The notes: generated from the letters alone by a model not told the origin. A stretch of DNA of 64,000 nucleotides from Clostridia bacterium (GCA_028710495.1 JAQUST010000005.1:1476-65475), one strand, 5' to 3'. Positions 19,281 through 29,514 are shown, counted from the first letter of the stretch. Translations and numbers: made by a program.

Positions 19281-19883
19281 TTAATTCAGAATTTTGCTCA
19301 AATTCCGCCTGATTTTTGAAAGAGTATTGTCAACTTTTTTTGTTGTGATTCCAACTTCAGCAGCAATCACTTCATACGAATCGCCCTTCAAATACAATCG
19401 AAGGATTTCAAGTTCTTGTTTGTTGAAAGTCGAATTGACGACAGAGTAAAAAGCTTTTGAGCTTTCATCTTGAAGCAATTTTTCTTCAGGACCAAGCTCC
19501 TCGCTTTTCACGGTGTCAATATACTCTTTGCCATCGTCATCCTCGTCGTGAACTGAGGAGTAAAGTGAAATGTAATCGTTGAGAAATTTGTGTTTTTTGC
19601 GGTTGGCAGATTTTATTGCGTCTTGCAACTGACCGCGAATGCAAATTATAGCAAATGTTTTGAATGAGGCCGCACGATCGGGAGAGTAGACTTGAATTGC
19701 TTTATAAAGTCCTATCATACCTTCTTGTATCAAATCTTCGTAATCCGCACCAACCAAGAAAAACGAACGCGACAAAGTCTTGACCATATCTTTGAAACGA
19801 TAAAGCAAGGCGGAAGTGGCATTGTCGTCGCCATTTTGTGAAGCAAAGGCGAGTTCTTCATTTTTCATAAGTTCATAATTCAT
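19281..19883 (-). CDS. sigH: sporulation sigma factor SigH
   Basis: It is colinear with B. subtilis SigH: FLVGADYEDLIQEGMIGLYKAIQVY...SFKTFAIICIRGQLQDAIKSANRKKH. The synteny mrnC-rlmB-sigH is conserved. Confidence 0.88.
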   Translation of the reverse strand: MNYELMKNEELAFASQNGDDNATSALLYRFKDMVKTLSRSFFLVGADYEDLIQEGMIGLYKAIQVYSPDRAASFKTFAIICIRGQLQDAIKSANRKKHKFLNDYISLYSSVHDEDDDGKEYIDTVKSEELGPEEKLLQDESSKAFYSVVNSTFNKQELEILRLYLKGDSYEVIAAEVGITTKKVDNTLSKIRRNLSKILN

Positions 19884-20036
19884 AGTTTATTTTTCTATCT
19901 AATTGATAGTGTTTGCGGTTTTATTTTAACAATTTTAAGTTCAGAGATTTTCTACCAAACTAAATTTTGAAATAATCGTAATTTTTTACAATTATATTGT
20001 TTTAGCAAAAAATTATTTTGTTTCTCGATGCAACTT

Positions 20037-20765
20037 TTATGAATTTTTCCGTTGCCTTGCACACTCATACAAAACAACACCTGTTGCAACTGATGCGTTA
20101 AGAGAGGATATTTTTCCGAATTGCGGAATAGTTATCGTGGCGTCGCAAAGTTCCTTTGTCAAACGCTTTATTCCTTCGCCTTCATTTCCAATCACCAATG
20201 CAACATCACCGTCAAGTTTTGTCCTAAAAAGGCTTTCTCCGTCGAAATCTGTTGCATAAACCCACACATTAAGTTTTTTTAGCTCTCGAATGGTATCATT
20301 TATGTTTGTGACTTTTGCGACCAATATATGTTCTGCAGCTCCTGCCGAAACTTTCAATACAGTGCCATTTACACCTACAGCGCGGTGGCGGGGAATAACA
20401 ATTCCGTGTGCGCCAAAGCACTCTGCAGAACGCATTATTGCGCCAAGATTGTGAGGGTCAGTTATTCCGTCAAGAAGAACAATAAGAAGGCTTTCATTTT
20501 TTGATTTTGCGAGTTCCAAAATATCAGACACTTCGCAGTAATCAAATTCGCTGGTGATGGCAATCACACCTTGATGATGTGAGCATTCCGCTGTTTTGTC
20601 TAAAAATGCTTTATTCACAAAAGATATAAAAACACCTTTGTCCTTGGCTTTTGAAATAAGTGCATTAATGCCTGCGTCATAGTTTCCTTTTTCAACAAGC
20701 AACTTTTCTATTGTGGTTTCTGAACTAAGTGCTTCTCGGACAGGGTTTTTCCCGAAAACGATCAT
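20037..20765 (-). CDS. rlmB: 23S rRNA (guanosine-2'-O)-methyltransferase, TrmH/SpoU family
   Basis: It has SpoU motifs (LDGITDPHNLGAIMRSAE; VIGNEGEGI; IPQFGKISSLNASVATGVVLYE) and an N-terminal substrate-binding domain. Confidence 0.85.
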   Translation of the reverse strand: MIVFGKNPVREALSSETTIEKLLVEKGNYDAGINALISKAKDKGVFISFVNKAFLDKTAECSHHQGVIAITSEFDYCEVSDILELAKSKNESLLIVLLDGITDPHNLGAIMRSAECFGAHGIVIPRHRAVGVNGTVLKVSAGAAEHILVAKVTNINDTIRELKKLNVWVYATDFDGESLFRTKLDGDVALVIGNEGEGIKRLTKELCDATITIPQFGKISSLNASVATGVVLYECARQRKNS

Positions 20766-20855
20766 ACACTACCTCGCATTTTTTTATTTTTAACATTAAA
20801 TCTATTATTTACATATTCAAAAGTAAACGGGCAGTCAATTCTTGAACCGACAAAA

Positions 20856-21284
20856 TCAGCATTCATCTGTCGTTGCCAGATTCAAAAGTTCTACAATTCT
20901 GTCAGTTTGTCCTGTGAGATACAGATACCCAATCACGGCTTCAAAGCCGCTTGCTTTGCGATACTGTGATAGAGCAGCGTGTTTGGCAGTGGTGTGAACG
21001 CGAGCGTTTCTTGCTCTGCGAAAAATATCCGCTTCAACATCATGCAAAGACGAAAGCAAATTGTCAGCTATAACTGCCTGCTTTATAGCGCAAACCTCTT
21101 TTGTGACTTCTTTGTGAAGTTCGCCTGTTTGTTTGTCCGAACCTATCGTGACTTCTGAACGGACAAAAAGAGAGTGAACACTGTCACCGATAAACGCAAG
21201 CGACATAGGATGAAGTGCAAGCGCTTCTGCACTTGAAATAGGAGCTTTAAGCTCAGGAATAAAATGTGTTAAATCTTTCATCAC
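20856..21284 (-). CDS. mrnC: mini-ribonuclease III
   Basis: It has LAFIGDSVHSLFVR (RNase III-like signature), SGFEAVIGYLYLTGQ, and a length of 142 aa. It sits upstream of rlmB as in Bacillus. Confidence 0.82.
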   Translation of the reverse strand: MMKDLTHFIPELKAPISSAEALALHPMSLAFIGDSVHSLFVRSEVTIGSDKQTGELHKEVTKEVCAIKQAVIADNLLSSLHDVEADIFRRARNARVHTTAKHAALSQYRKASGFEAVIGYLYLTGQTDRIVELLNLATTDEC

Positions 21285-21312
21285 AGACTTATTTTAGCAC
21301 AACAAAGCAATA

Positions 21313-21341
21313 TTGACAAGAGTAAAGTCTTATGATAATAT
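21313..21341 (+). promoter_or_regulatory. promoter of the large lipoprotein gene
   Basis: TTGACA (21313-21318), a 17-nt spacer, then TAATAT (21336-21341). Confidence 0.5.
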
Positions 21342-21460
21342 AATAATTGAAGTTGTACATATTGAGATAATCGATTTTTGAAACCAAAATTATTATTGAT
21401 AAATTTTTTGATAAAGTTGTAAAAATTAGTTTTTATTGTGTTTATAAATAGAGGACTAAA

Positions 21461-24400
21461 ATGAAAAAGAAAATTAACAGCACGCTCTTTCTCGCCATAC
21501 TACTTGTGTTCCTAGCATTTTGCCTGACAGGATGCGGGCTTTGGTCTACTCCGCTCAAAAGCATAAGCTTTGGAGAAATAACTACAGTTGAAATGAATGT
21601 GGGTGAAGAACTTCAGCTTCAGCCAATTTTTACTCCTTCAACAGCAAGTTCTTCAGTTCGTTACACCACAAGCAATGCGGCCGTGGCTTCCGTTTCTGAA
21701 AGCGGTTTATTGCGAGGCGAGAGCAGTGGGACAGCAACTGTCACCGCGTCAAACGTTTTAGGAACAATAAGTTGTGAACTGAGCGTTGTTGTTACCTATG
21801 AAACTATACCGGAAGGATTGCTTCAACTCGCCGCAGAAAATGCGCAACAACTTTACGGAACAAGCATTGAGCCTGTTTCATTTACTTTGAGTTGGGGTGA
21901 CATTCATGTTCCGACAACAGCAACTATTGAATGGTACAGAAAACTCAAAGATGATGCGGAATTCACAAAAATCGCAGATGCAACATCCCAAATGTCTTAT
22001 ATTCTCACACCTCCAAACGAAATGGGATACAGCGCAACGATGCAAGTTCGAGTGACCTATGATGAAAACACTTACATATCAAACGACATAATTTACGGCG
22101 TTTACGATGAAATGCGAGATGTGCAAATTTCATATTCGCAAAGTGACAGCGGATTAGAAGTTGAAAGCGCGACATACTACGCGCAACTCGGTGAAGAATT
22201 TACTCTGTCACTTGATTGGAACGACGATTCAAATCAAGATCCCGAAATAAGATGGTTTATTGAAAAAGGTTCAGTCGGAACAAAAGCGGAGATAGCAGGT
22301 CAATCTTTGGCTACATTGTCATATGCAATAGTGCCCACCGGCTCATCGACTGCATCAGATATGATTGACGATTACACGGTTACTGCTTCTGCTGACGGTG
22401 TTTTCAATAATATGGTTTATAATTTCTATTTATCCACAGATTATGCCGATGTAAAAAATGCAACTTTAAGTGCCGCAGGGCACACAGATAGCAATATATC
22501 AATGACCACGCTTGACTCAGAAGACCTCGTCTTTTCAGCGGGCTGGAATTATAACTGCACGGACAACACAAAGGTAGTTATTGAATATTACACAGCTCCT
22601 CCACTTGAAAATGAAGAAACTGAATATACCTATACCTTGCAACACACAGTCAACGCAAGTGCAACCGATAGAACTTACACTTATTCGCCGATTTTGGAAA
22701 ACGGAGTCTATGCAGTCAAAACAATAGTGTACAACGAATCGGAAAGTCCTATCAAATCCGAAGCTGTTGTTGAAGTCACAATTTTGGAACAATATAATGC
22801 GGTTCAGACATTGTCGCTTTCACTTTCAAGCGGAATTTTGGAACAGAAAAATGGAATATACGGCAATTTAGTTTTTTCTGCATCGCCAACCCCATCGGAA
22901 TGTCTTAATTCGACTCTTGAGTATGAATGGTTTGTTGATGGCATATTGCAGAGCGAACAATCTGATTCCACTTTCACATTGGCAAGCTCATATCTTTCCT
23001 CCAATCTCGGAGAAACAGTAGTAAAAGCGAAGTTGGCAGGAGTTGAAAGCAAACAAATGACGGCGCTTGCATTTGTCAATTCAACATCTAGCGACAGCTA
23101 TCTCAACGACAAATTTGTATGGAACGCAAACGAATATAATCACTACATATCTTCAATGGATGAATTTGTGATAGCAATGAGTTATATCGCGATGACAAGA
23201 ATATCGGCACAAAACTTCTGCTTTGATTCAAATTCGGGAATTACATTCAATGACACGGACAGCTTCCGACCGTATTTGCTCGAAGGGTCGGCAGGTTTTG
23301 ATGAGGCAGGCACTCGTTCTTATTCATACGGATACACAGGTTCAAACACTGTTCAAATTGGATGGGACAGCGGAGCGCCGCTAACTTCTTCCACTTCATT
23401 TGATGAAACAAGTCCTTATTACAACGCAGAAGCTGACAGAACTGTCACTCAACTGGCAGGTATGAACGCGCATTACTCGACACTTACCGATCGCGCAACA
23501 TTGCCTGTTGACGGCTTTGCAAACACATATAATGTCACAACCTCAAATATGTTATCACGCGTTGTGTCTTGGGGATATAAGCCAACTTTTGATGCGGTAG
23601 GAAGTGAAACTGCTGCTCAAACCACAGCAAGAACCAATGCTCAAACTATTTACAACAATGCTCGTGCAATATTGCTTGAAATTTGTGACGACCAAATGAC
23701 CGATGTTGAAAAAGTTCACTCAATATATGATTGGATTATCGAAGAAGTTCAATATGATTATGCACTAGCTGGTGCAACAGGTGCAACGGTTGACCAAACG
23801 CTTGAATATGACGGCTTTTATCTTGAGGGAGTATTCCTTAAAGGAGCAGAAGAAACTCGGACAGCAGTTTGTGATGGCAAGTCAAAAGCTTTTGCGCTTT
23901 TGTGCGGAATGGAGGGAATTCAATCGTGCAGAATTATTGGTTATGTAAACAATGATGAAGGTGCAGGTCACGCTTGGAACAAGGTGTTAGTTGACGCGGA
24001 TGGAAATGGTATAAAGAATTGGTATATTGTTGACTCCACCTGGGGTGATTTGTATATGAGCGGAAAAGAATATTTGAGACACAACTACTTCTTACTTGGC
24101 GAAGATGAAATTTATTACTCTGAAGAATTCACTTCAAATACACACACCGAATCTCGTGACTATTATCCTGAAGCAGAAGACAGCGTGTTTGAGTATTATC
24201 AATATTTATCATATACAGTCAATGCTGATTTACTTGACGGGCAAGACCTCGTAGGTATTCCAAGTGATATATCGAACACGGCAACAGCTATTGTTGAAAA
24301 TGCCGAAGACCTTGCAGTGCTTCTTGCAGTGGCACAGACATCTGGATACACTGAATTCAAGATGGCAGATGGGGTGAGCTTTAGCGAAACGCTTTTCAGC

Positions 24401-24490
24401 CAAGCAAAAAGAATGCTGGTGAACGAAGGCGGAGGGTGGTCAACCACACCTGTTGAAAGAGGATGTTATCTGTATGTTTTCACTCCGTAA
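21461..24490 (+). CDS. large lipoprotein with an N-terminal Big_2 Ig-like domain and a C-terminal transglutaminase-like cysteine protease domain
   Basis: It has a signal peptide with the lipobox LTGC. The Big_2-like segment is VEMNVGEELQLQPIFTPSTASSSVRYTTSNAAVASVSESGLLRGESSGTATVTAS. The transglutaminase core Cys-His-Asp is CDGKSKAFALLCGMEGIQSCRIIGY...GHAWNKVLVD...WYIVDSTWGD. Confidence 0.8.
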   Translation: MKKKINSTLFLAILLVFLAFCLTGCGLWSTPLKSISFGEITTVEMNVGEELQLQPIFTPSTASSSVRYTTSNAAVASVSESGLLRGESSGTATVTASNVLGTISCELSVVVTYETIPEGLLQLAAENAQQLYGTSIEPVSFTLSWGDIHVPTTATIEWYRKLKDDAEFTKIADATSQMSYILTPPNEMGYSATMQVRVTYDENTYISNDIIYGVYDEMRDVQISYSQSDSGLEVESATYYAQLGEEFTLSLDWNDDSNQDPEIRWFIEKGSVGTKAEIAGQSLATLSYAIVPTGSSTASDMIDDYTVTASADGVFNNMVYNFYLSTDYADVKNATLSAAGHTDSNISMTTLDSEDLVFSAGWNYNCTDNTKVVIEYYTAPPLENEETEYTYTLQHTVNASATDRTYTYSPILENGVYAVKTIVYNESESPIKSEAVVEVTILEQYNAVQTLSLSLSSGILEQKNGIYGNLVFSASPTPSECLNSTLEYEWFVDGILQSEQSDSTFTLASSYLSSNLGETVVKAKLAGVESKQMTALAFVNSTSSDSYLNDKFVWNANEYNHYISSMDEFVIAMSYIAMTRISAQNFCFDSNSGITFNDTDSFRPYLLEGSAGFDEAGTRSYSYGYTGSNTVQIGWDSGAPLTSSTSFDETSPYYNAEADRTVTQLAGMNAHYSTLTDRATLPVDGFANTYNVTTSNMLSRVVSWGYKPTFDAVGSETAAQTTARTNAQTIYNNARAILLEICDDQMTDVEKVHSIYDWIIEEVQYDYALAGATGATVDQTLEYDGFYLEGVFLKGAEETRTAVCDGKSKAFALLCGMEGIQSCRIIGYVNNDEGAGHAWNKVLVDADGNGIKNWYIVDSTWGDLYMSGKEYLRHNYFLLGEDEIYYSEEFTSNTHTESRDYYPEAEDSVFEYYQYLSYTVNADLLDGQDLVGIPSDISNTATAIVENAEDLAVLLAVAQTSGYTEFKMADGVSFSETLFSQAKRMLVNEGGGWSTTPVERGCYLYVFTP

Positions 24491-24584
24491 CTATTGTTTG
24501 AAATTTGCAAACCAAAATTATAAGGCAAAAAGAAGAAAATCGACAAAATCCTGCAAAAAACATAGTTAAAGCAAAATATAAAAA

Positions 24585-24610
24585 GGACTGACACTTGTCA
24601 GTCCTTTTTT
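24585..24610. terminator. bidirectional intrinsic terminator
   Basis: GGACTGAC-ACTT-GTCAGTCC is flanked by AAAA and TTTTTT. It serves the convergent genes 21461..24490 (+) and 24879..25295 (-). Confidence 0.8.
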
Positions 24611-24878
24611 ATAGCCAAAAAATTAGTTTTTTGTGAAATCAAAGATATTTATTAAAACAATTCCGATATTATATCACTAAAATCTGTGGAGTCTTTTGTA
24701 TCTTCCAAATTGCGACAATAAAATAATCCCGATACTATCTCACTAAAATCCGATATAAGTCTACATAATATCTCAAAATTTCATTTCAATACATTGCAAT
24801 ATCAAGATATCGATTTTCAAATAAACAATACAGATATAAAAATTTCAGTCTATATTGGTTGCAAAGCAAATTACTATT

Positions 24879-25295
24879 TTACAAATATGCTCTCAATTCC
24901 GTAATATTTTTTTGATATAGTGACATTAAATCATTTGCAAGATTTGGTATCTCTTGACCGTTATCCTGCATTTCGTTTATTGTCTTTTGAACCGAGTTAA
25001 TGCCCATATTTGTGCCTTCAATCAACATTTGTGCAATGTTTTCAGTTGATTTATCAAAAATAGCGTTCATTGTCACACCAGTTTTCAACATCATTTTTTG
25101 AAATTTGCCGGATTTGCATTCTTTTATTTCTTCATTTGTCAACATATTTTCAGCATCTTGCTGTATTTTTTTCAAATCTTCCCTTTGGCAGAGCACTTTG
25201 TGCATCAATTCTTCATCCTCCACATAAGAGCGGATGTTGTTTATTGCTTGAATGCCCATATCAGTGTTTTTTACAATTTCTTTTGTTATATTCAT
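24879..25295 (-). CDS. hypothetical helical protein
   Basis: The ATG at 25295 is preceded by AAGGAGGAAAT, whereas the track start at 25322 is a GTG without an SD. The 138-aa protein is rich in E/K/Q/N. I am not confident of any family. Confidence 0.55.
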   Translation of the reverse strand: MNITKEIVKNTDMGIQAINNIRSYVEDEELMHKVLCQREDLKKIQQDAENMLTNEEIKECKSGKFQKMMLKTGVTMNAIFDKSTENIAQMLIEGTNMGINSVQKTINEMQDNGQEIPNLANDLMSLYQKNITELRAYL

Positions 25296-25407
25296 ATTTC
25301 CTCCTTTTGTCAGGTTTTGCACTTATTTTGTGCATAGAAATAGATATTATTCAAAGAAATTCATCGTCATTAATATTGATTTAATATAAGTAAATTAACA
25401 ATAAAAA

Positions 25408-25926
25408 TTAAACTTTCAAAAGAGCGATTATAGTTTTCGCGTCCTTTATTGTGCCATCCAAAGCCATTGATTTTGCTCTAGAAAGGGGCATTTTTACCAG
25501 GTTTAGGAATTCATCCTCATCTGGATTTGTATCGCAAGGAGTAAACTCTGTTGCTAAATAAATATATATAATTTCTGAAGAATAGCCCGGTGTAGGGTAA
25601 ATTTGGCAAAGAGGCTTAATATCTTTTGCACTAAGTCCTGCTTCTTCAGCTAGTTCACGAATAGCACAAGCTTTTGGATTTTCTCCGAGCTCAAGTTTGC
25701 CTGCTGGAATTTCTAACAATTCCTCTCCGTATGGGTAGCGGAATTGTCGCACTAGATAACAAAAATTTTCGGTATCAACTGCAAGCACGCTTGCTCCACC
25801 GTTGTGCTCGACAACTTCGCGCTTACAAGGTTTCCCGTTTGGAAGAAGTGCGTCATCATTTCTTACCTTGATAATTCGCCCTTTGTAGACATAATTTTTT
25901 GATACTGTTTGTTCTTTCATATTCAT
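25408..25926 (-). CDS. nudF: ADP-ribose pyrophosphatase (NUDIX hydrolase)
   Basis: It has the Nudix box GKLELGENPKACAIRELAEEAG and is colinear with B. subtilis NudF (YKGRIIKVRNDDALLPNGKPCKREVVEH.GA). Confidence 0.85.
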   Translation of the reverse strand: MNMKEQTVSKNYVYKGRIIKVRNDDALLPNGKPCKREVVEHNGGASVLAVDTENFCYLVRQFRYPYGEELLEIPAGKLELGENPKACAIRELAEEAGLSAKDIKPLCQIYPTPGYSSEIIYIYLATEFTPCDTNPDEDEFLNLVKMPLSRAKSMALDGTIKDAKTIIALLKV

Positions 25927-26002
25927 ATTTCAATCATAGCACGCACTCAAATGTATCGCAACAATTTGCTTGTCTTTTGTCTGAGTTTTTGTCTTTGCAA
26001 CT

Positions 26003-26030
26003 GTATATCAAATCCCAATTTGGCAATACT
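26003..26030 (+). promoter_or_regulatory. candidate forespore (sigma-F type) promoter of spoIIR
   Basis: GTATA (26003-26007), a 14-nt spacer, then GGCAATACT (26022-26030) resembles the Bacillus sigma-F consensus GCATA-N15-GGnnAnAHTR. It ends 17 nt before the ATG. spoIIR is sigma-F dependent in Bacillus. Confidence 0.35.
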
Positions 26031-26047
26031 TAGTGGGCGAGGTTATT

Positions 26048-26584
26048 ATGAAAAGAATAGTATTGATTTTTGTGGTTTTTATTGTTGTTGCTTTAGTGGC
26101 AGTGCTCTGTGCTTGCACTCAAAACCAGGAAGCTTCACTATCAGACGAATGCCTGAGAATACATATCCGTGCAAACAGCAATAGCACAGAAGATCAGACA
26201 GTAAAGCTCAAGGTGCGTGATGAACTGACTGCATTTTTCACTGTAAAACTCGAATTTTGTAAAAATAAAGAAGAAGCATACGAAGCATTGCAAAATGCTA
26301 TGCCTGAAATAAAGCAAATTGCCGAGCAAACTCTTTTGGAAAACGATTTTGATTATGGAGTAAATGTTACGCTGGCGCAAGAACATTTTCCAGACCGCGA
26401 ATACGACAATCTTGTGTTTCCCGAGGGCGAATACGATGCGCTTGTGGTTGGTTTGGGAACTGCGACAGGAGACAACTGGTGGTGTGTAGCTTTCCCGCCA
26501 TTGTGTTTCGTGCCAAATGGTGATGGCGAAGATATTGTTTATAAATCGTGGGTGAAAGAGCTTATTGATAAAATCTTCAACTAA
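26048..26584 (+). CDS. spoIIR: stage II sporulation protein R
   Basis: It has a signal/TM segment followed by the SpoIIR signature LRIHIRANSNSTEDQTVKLKVRDEL and ...GDNWWCVAFPPLCF. The start is set at the ATG at 26048. Confidence 0.88.
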   Translation: MKRIVLIFVVFIVVALVAVLCACTQNQEASLSDECLRIHIRANSNSTEDQTVKLKVRDELTAFFTVKLEFCKNKEEAYEALQNAMPEIKQIAEQTLLENDFDYGVNVTLAQEHFPDREYDNLVFPEGEYDALVVGLGTATGDNWWCVAFPPLCFVPNGDGEDIVYKSWVKELIDKIFN

Positions 26585-26729
26585 TACCCCTTTGACTCAT
26601 ATTTCTAAACCATATTTTCGATAGATATATTCAAAAAATCCGATAAACGACGCGAATTTCAAAAAACTCTAATATAAATTGAAAATAAAAACAAAATAAC
26701 AACAAGAAACTTTTTTCACAAGGAGATTT

Positions 26730-27431
26730 ATGAAAAAGAAAATTGTTGCTATTTTTTTTGTGTTCTTGACTTTGTTCACAGTCACTACAGCCACATTTAT
26801 TTTTGCAAACAATGGAACTGAGATTGTCGCAGAGGCTGCGGTTTTGAAAACTGGAAGCTCGGGAACTCAAGTTAAAACACTGCAAACAAAGCTAAAAAGT
26901 TGGGGGTACTATTTCAGTTCCGTAGACGGAATATTCGGTTCGAAAACCAAAACGGCAGTCATATATTTTCAGCGCGTCAACGGATTGACACAAGACGGAA
27001 TCGTGGGCGCAAAGACTGCGGCGTCGCTCGGTATGAGTTTGTCATCAACATCAACAAGCAGTTCATCTAGTGGATATTCATCTGCAGACGTATATTTACT
27101 TGCAAAACTTGTTTATGCAGAAGCGAGAGGTGAGCCTTACACCGGACAAGTTGCTGTGGCGGCGGTCGTGCTCAATAGAGTTAAGAGCTCGCTTTTTCCA
27201 AACACAATATCCGGTGTTATTTATGAGCCGTACGCTTTCACTTGCGTCAGTGACGGACAGATAAATTATGCGCCGAATGACACAGCAAAAAAAGCCGCGC
27301 AAGACGCTATGAATGGTTGGGATCCAAGCAACGGGTGCATTTATTATTATAATCCTGCGACGGCAACATCAACTTGGATGAAGAAAAGACCTGTATTGTT
27401 GGTAATTGGCAATCACGCTTTCACTTTATGA
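26730..27431 (+). CDS. sleB: spore cortex-lytic enzyme SleB
   Basis: It has a signal peptide, a PG_binding_1 domain (LKTGSSGTQVKTLQTKLKSWGYY..DGIFGSKTKTAVIYFQRVNGLTQDGIVG) and a Hydrolase_2 domain (LLAKLVYAEARGEPYTGQVAVAAVVLNRV). It is followed by ypeB. Confidence 0.88.
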   Translation: MKKKIVAIFFVFLTLFTVTTATFIFANNGTEIVAEAAVLKTGSSGTQVKTLQTKLKSWGYYFSSVDGIFGSKTKTAVIYFQRVNGLTQDGIVGAKTAASLGMSLSSTSTSSSSSGYSSADVYLLAKLVYAEARGEPYTGQVAVAAVVLNRVKSSLFPNTISGVIYEPYAFTCVSDGQINYAPNDTAKKAAQDAMNGWDPSNGCIYYYNPATATSTWMKKRPVLLVIGNHAFTL

Positions 27432-27570
27432 TTTTGAAAAATTCCAATGCAAATTAATATGAATATTCAGACGTAAATAAAGGCAGACAACCAATATTGA
27501 CAATGAAATAAAGAAGTAATCGGCTAAAATGAAATCGTAAAAGAACTCATAAAAGCGGAAATAAATAGGA

Positions 27571-28977
27571 GTGGATATGTACAAAGAAAATGATAGAAAT
27601 AAACCGTATAAAAATCAAAGTGGCGAAACCCAAAAAACCAAAGATGAAAAGAACCCGCGTAACAATAATGGACTCAAAATAACAATTGTAGTTATGGCGT
27701 TTGCGCTTATTGGGCTTGTTGTCGGAATGTGTGTTCTTGGCACAAGCAAATCGGAAGACACGACGCTAAAAGACGCAAGCTTTCAGCGTGCTTATTTTGA
27801 CCTCGTTGCCGAAACAAACGATATCGCGGTCAATATGAGCAAACTTGATGCGGCAAATTCAGCCTTGCAGCAACAACAGTTGCTTTACGAAATATGGAAA
27901 AATGCCGACCTCGCCGAAATGAGTTTGGCATCACTTTCTTCAAAGGATTCGGGAGTTGGGAGTCTCATTAAATTTATGAATCAAACTAGTGACTACTGTT
28001 ATTTTTTGGCGCTGGAATTGAAAGGTGAAAAAACCTTGACAACAGAGCAGGAAGATAACTTGAAAAAACTGAGCGAAATGCTTAAGGAAGTAAACAGCGC
28101 ACTAAGCGACGTTCAGGGAAAGATTGAAAACGGTGGGTTGGAGATTGGCGATGAGAGTGCTTTGTCAGGAGCGATGGGTGATATGTTTGAGAAGTTTAGT
28201 GAAACAAGTGTAGAATACCCGCAACTTATATATGACGGACCGTTTTCGGATGGACTTGCCGACAAAGAAACAAAAGGCTTGAACGGTGATGATATCGATG
28301 AGGCGAAAGGAAACGAACTTGTTAAAAAAGTGATTCCGAGTGAAAAGATTGAGAGTATAACTTTTGACGGTGAATGGGATACAGACATCGCAACAATGAA
28401 TTACACAGTAAAAATTGAAGGCGGACAAGAAATAATGGTTCAGCTTGCAAAAAAAGGCGGAAGTTTGCTTTTGTTAAACCGTGACAGAGAGTTGAAATCA
28501 CCCGAAATTTCAAGTAATAAAGCAGTTGATATTGCAGAAAAATATTTGCGCGAAATAGGTTATAGCGACTTGCAAAGCGTTTGGACGTCAAATATCGGCG
28601 GAATATATTATATCAATCTCGCAGCGCTTCAAAACAATGTAATTCTTTACCCTGATTTAATAAAGGTCAAAATTGCAAGCGATGACGGAACAATACTTGG
28701 AGTTGATGCAAAGGGCTATGCCTACAATCACATTGAACGTTCGCTTGAAACGCCCAAATTGAGCGTGACAGAAGCAAAAGCAAAAGTAAAATCAAGCTTA
28801 AATGCAAATGAAGGCAGGCTTGCACTTATTCCTTATCGTACAAACGGGGAAAGATTAACGTATGAATTTGCATGTGAAGGTGACGGATTGTATTTCATCT
28901 ATATCGATGCCGTGACTGGTGAGGAAGTGAATATTTTATTTGTTATTGACAGCGAAAATGGAACACTTTTGATGTAA
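27571..28977 (+). CDS. ypeB: germination protein YpeB
   Basis: It has an N-terminal TM helix, a long helical region and C-terminal PepSY-like repeats, and lies immediately downstream of sleB as in Bacillus and Clostridia. The start is either the GTG at 27571 or the ATG at 27577. Confidence 0.8.
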   Translation: MDMYKENDRNKPYKNQSGETQKTKDEKNPRNNNGLKITIVVMAFALIGLVVGMCVLGTSKSEDTTLKDASFQRAYFDLVAETNDIAVNMSKLDAANSALQQQQLLYEIWKNADLAEMSLASLSSKDSGVGSLIKFMNQTSDYCYFLALELKGEKTLTTEQEDNLKKLSEMLKEVNSALSDVQGKIENGGLEIGDESALSGAMGDMFEKFSETSVEYPQLIYDGPFSDGLADKETKGLNGDDIDEAKGNELVKKVIPSEKIESITFDGEWDTDIATMNYTVKIEGGQEIMVQLAKKGGSLLLLNRDRELKSPEISSNKAVDIAEKYLREIGYSDLQSVWTSNIGGIYYINLAALQNNVILYPDLIKVKIASDDGTILGVDAKGYAYNHIERSLETPKLSVTEAKAKVKSSLNANEGRLALIPYRTNGERLTYEFACEGDGLYFIYIDAVTGEEVNILFVIDSENGTLLM

Positions 28978-29164
28978 ATTCAAGATGCAAGAAAATCAAT
29001 GTTGCGTTTTGAATGATAAGAAGTTGCAAAATAATGAAAACAAAGTTTTGCAAGAATGTTCAGAATTATAAGGACGGAAATTCCGTTGAAGTGAAACAGC
29101 GACACGCATATACAAAAAAAATCAAGGTATCACTCAAAACGCAATTTGATATAAAACAAACGAT

Positions 29165-29192
29165 AAAAACACGAGCGAAAGTTCGTGTTTTT
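29165..29192. terminator. bidirectional intrinsic terminator
   Basis: AAAAACACGA-GCGAAAGT-TCGTGTTTTT lies between the convergent ypeB and 29233..29514. Confidence 0.75.
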
Positions 29193-29232
29193 ATCTCATT
29201 ATGTAGGAGGAGAAGAAATGAACCCTTACAGT

Positions 29233-29514
29233 TTAAGTTTTGTTTTTGCGGTCAATTTCTTGTGACAGCCTATTGTGTCTTGTGACAAAAGCTTTGTAGC
29301 GTTCAGCGGAACTATCTTTTTGGCTTTTAGCAGCTTTTTCTTTGCTTTCTTTCGCAGAAACGTCCTTTTTTACGGGAGCAGCATTTTTTGCAGGCGCGCT
29401 AAAAGGAGAAACCGCATCAGTTAGCAGAGATGGATTCGTTGCGTTTCTGTCGCCGAAACCTGCTATTTTGTTGTTTGATATCGGCATAGCCGTGCGAAAT
29501 TTGTTAAATATCAT
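29233..29514 (-). CDS. hypothetical small protein (A/K/S-rich)
   Basis: The track ORF starts at a TTG at 29538 with no SD. The internal ATG at 29514 is preceded by GAGG. No domain was recognised. Its coding status is supported only by its length and by the terminator at 29165-29192. Confidence 0.4.
   Translation of the reverse strand: MIFNKFRTAMPISNNKIAGFGDRNATNPSLLTDAVSPFSAPAKNAAPVKKDVSAKESKEKAAKSQKDSSAERYKAFVTRHNRLSQEIDRKNKT

Noticed and set aside
21285-21460. A switch from mostly minus-strand to mostly plus-strand genes, as a possible replication origin.
   Set aside because: There is no dnaA or dnaN, no cluster of DnaA boxes and no obvious DUE in this gap. Several + strand genes (leuS, serS, the sigma operon) also lie to its left.
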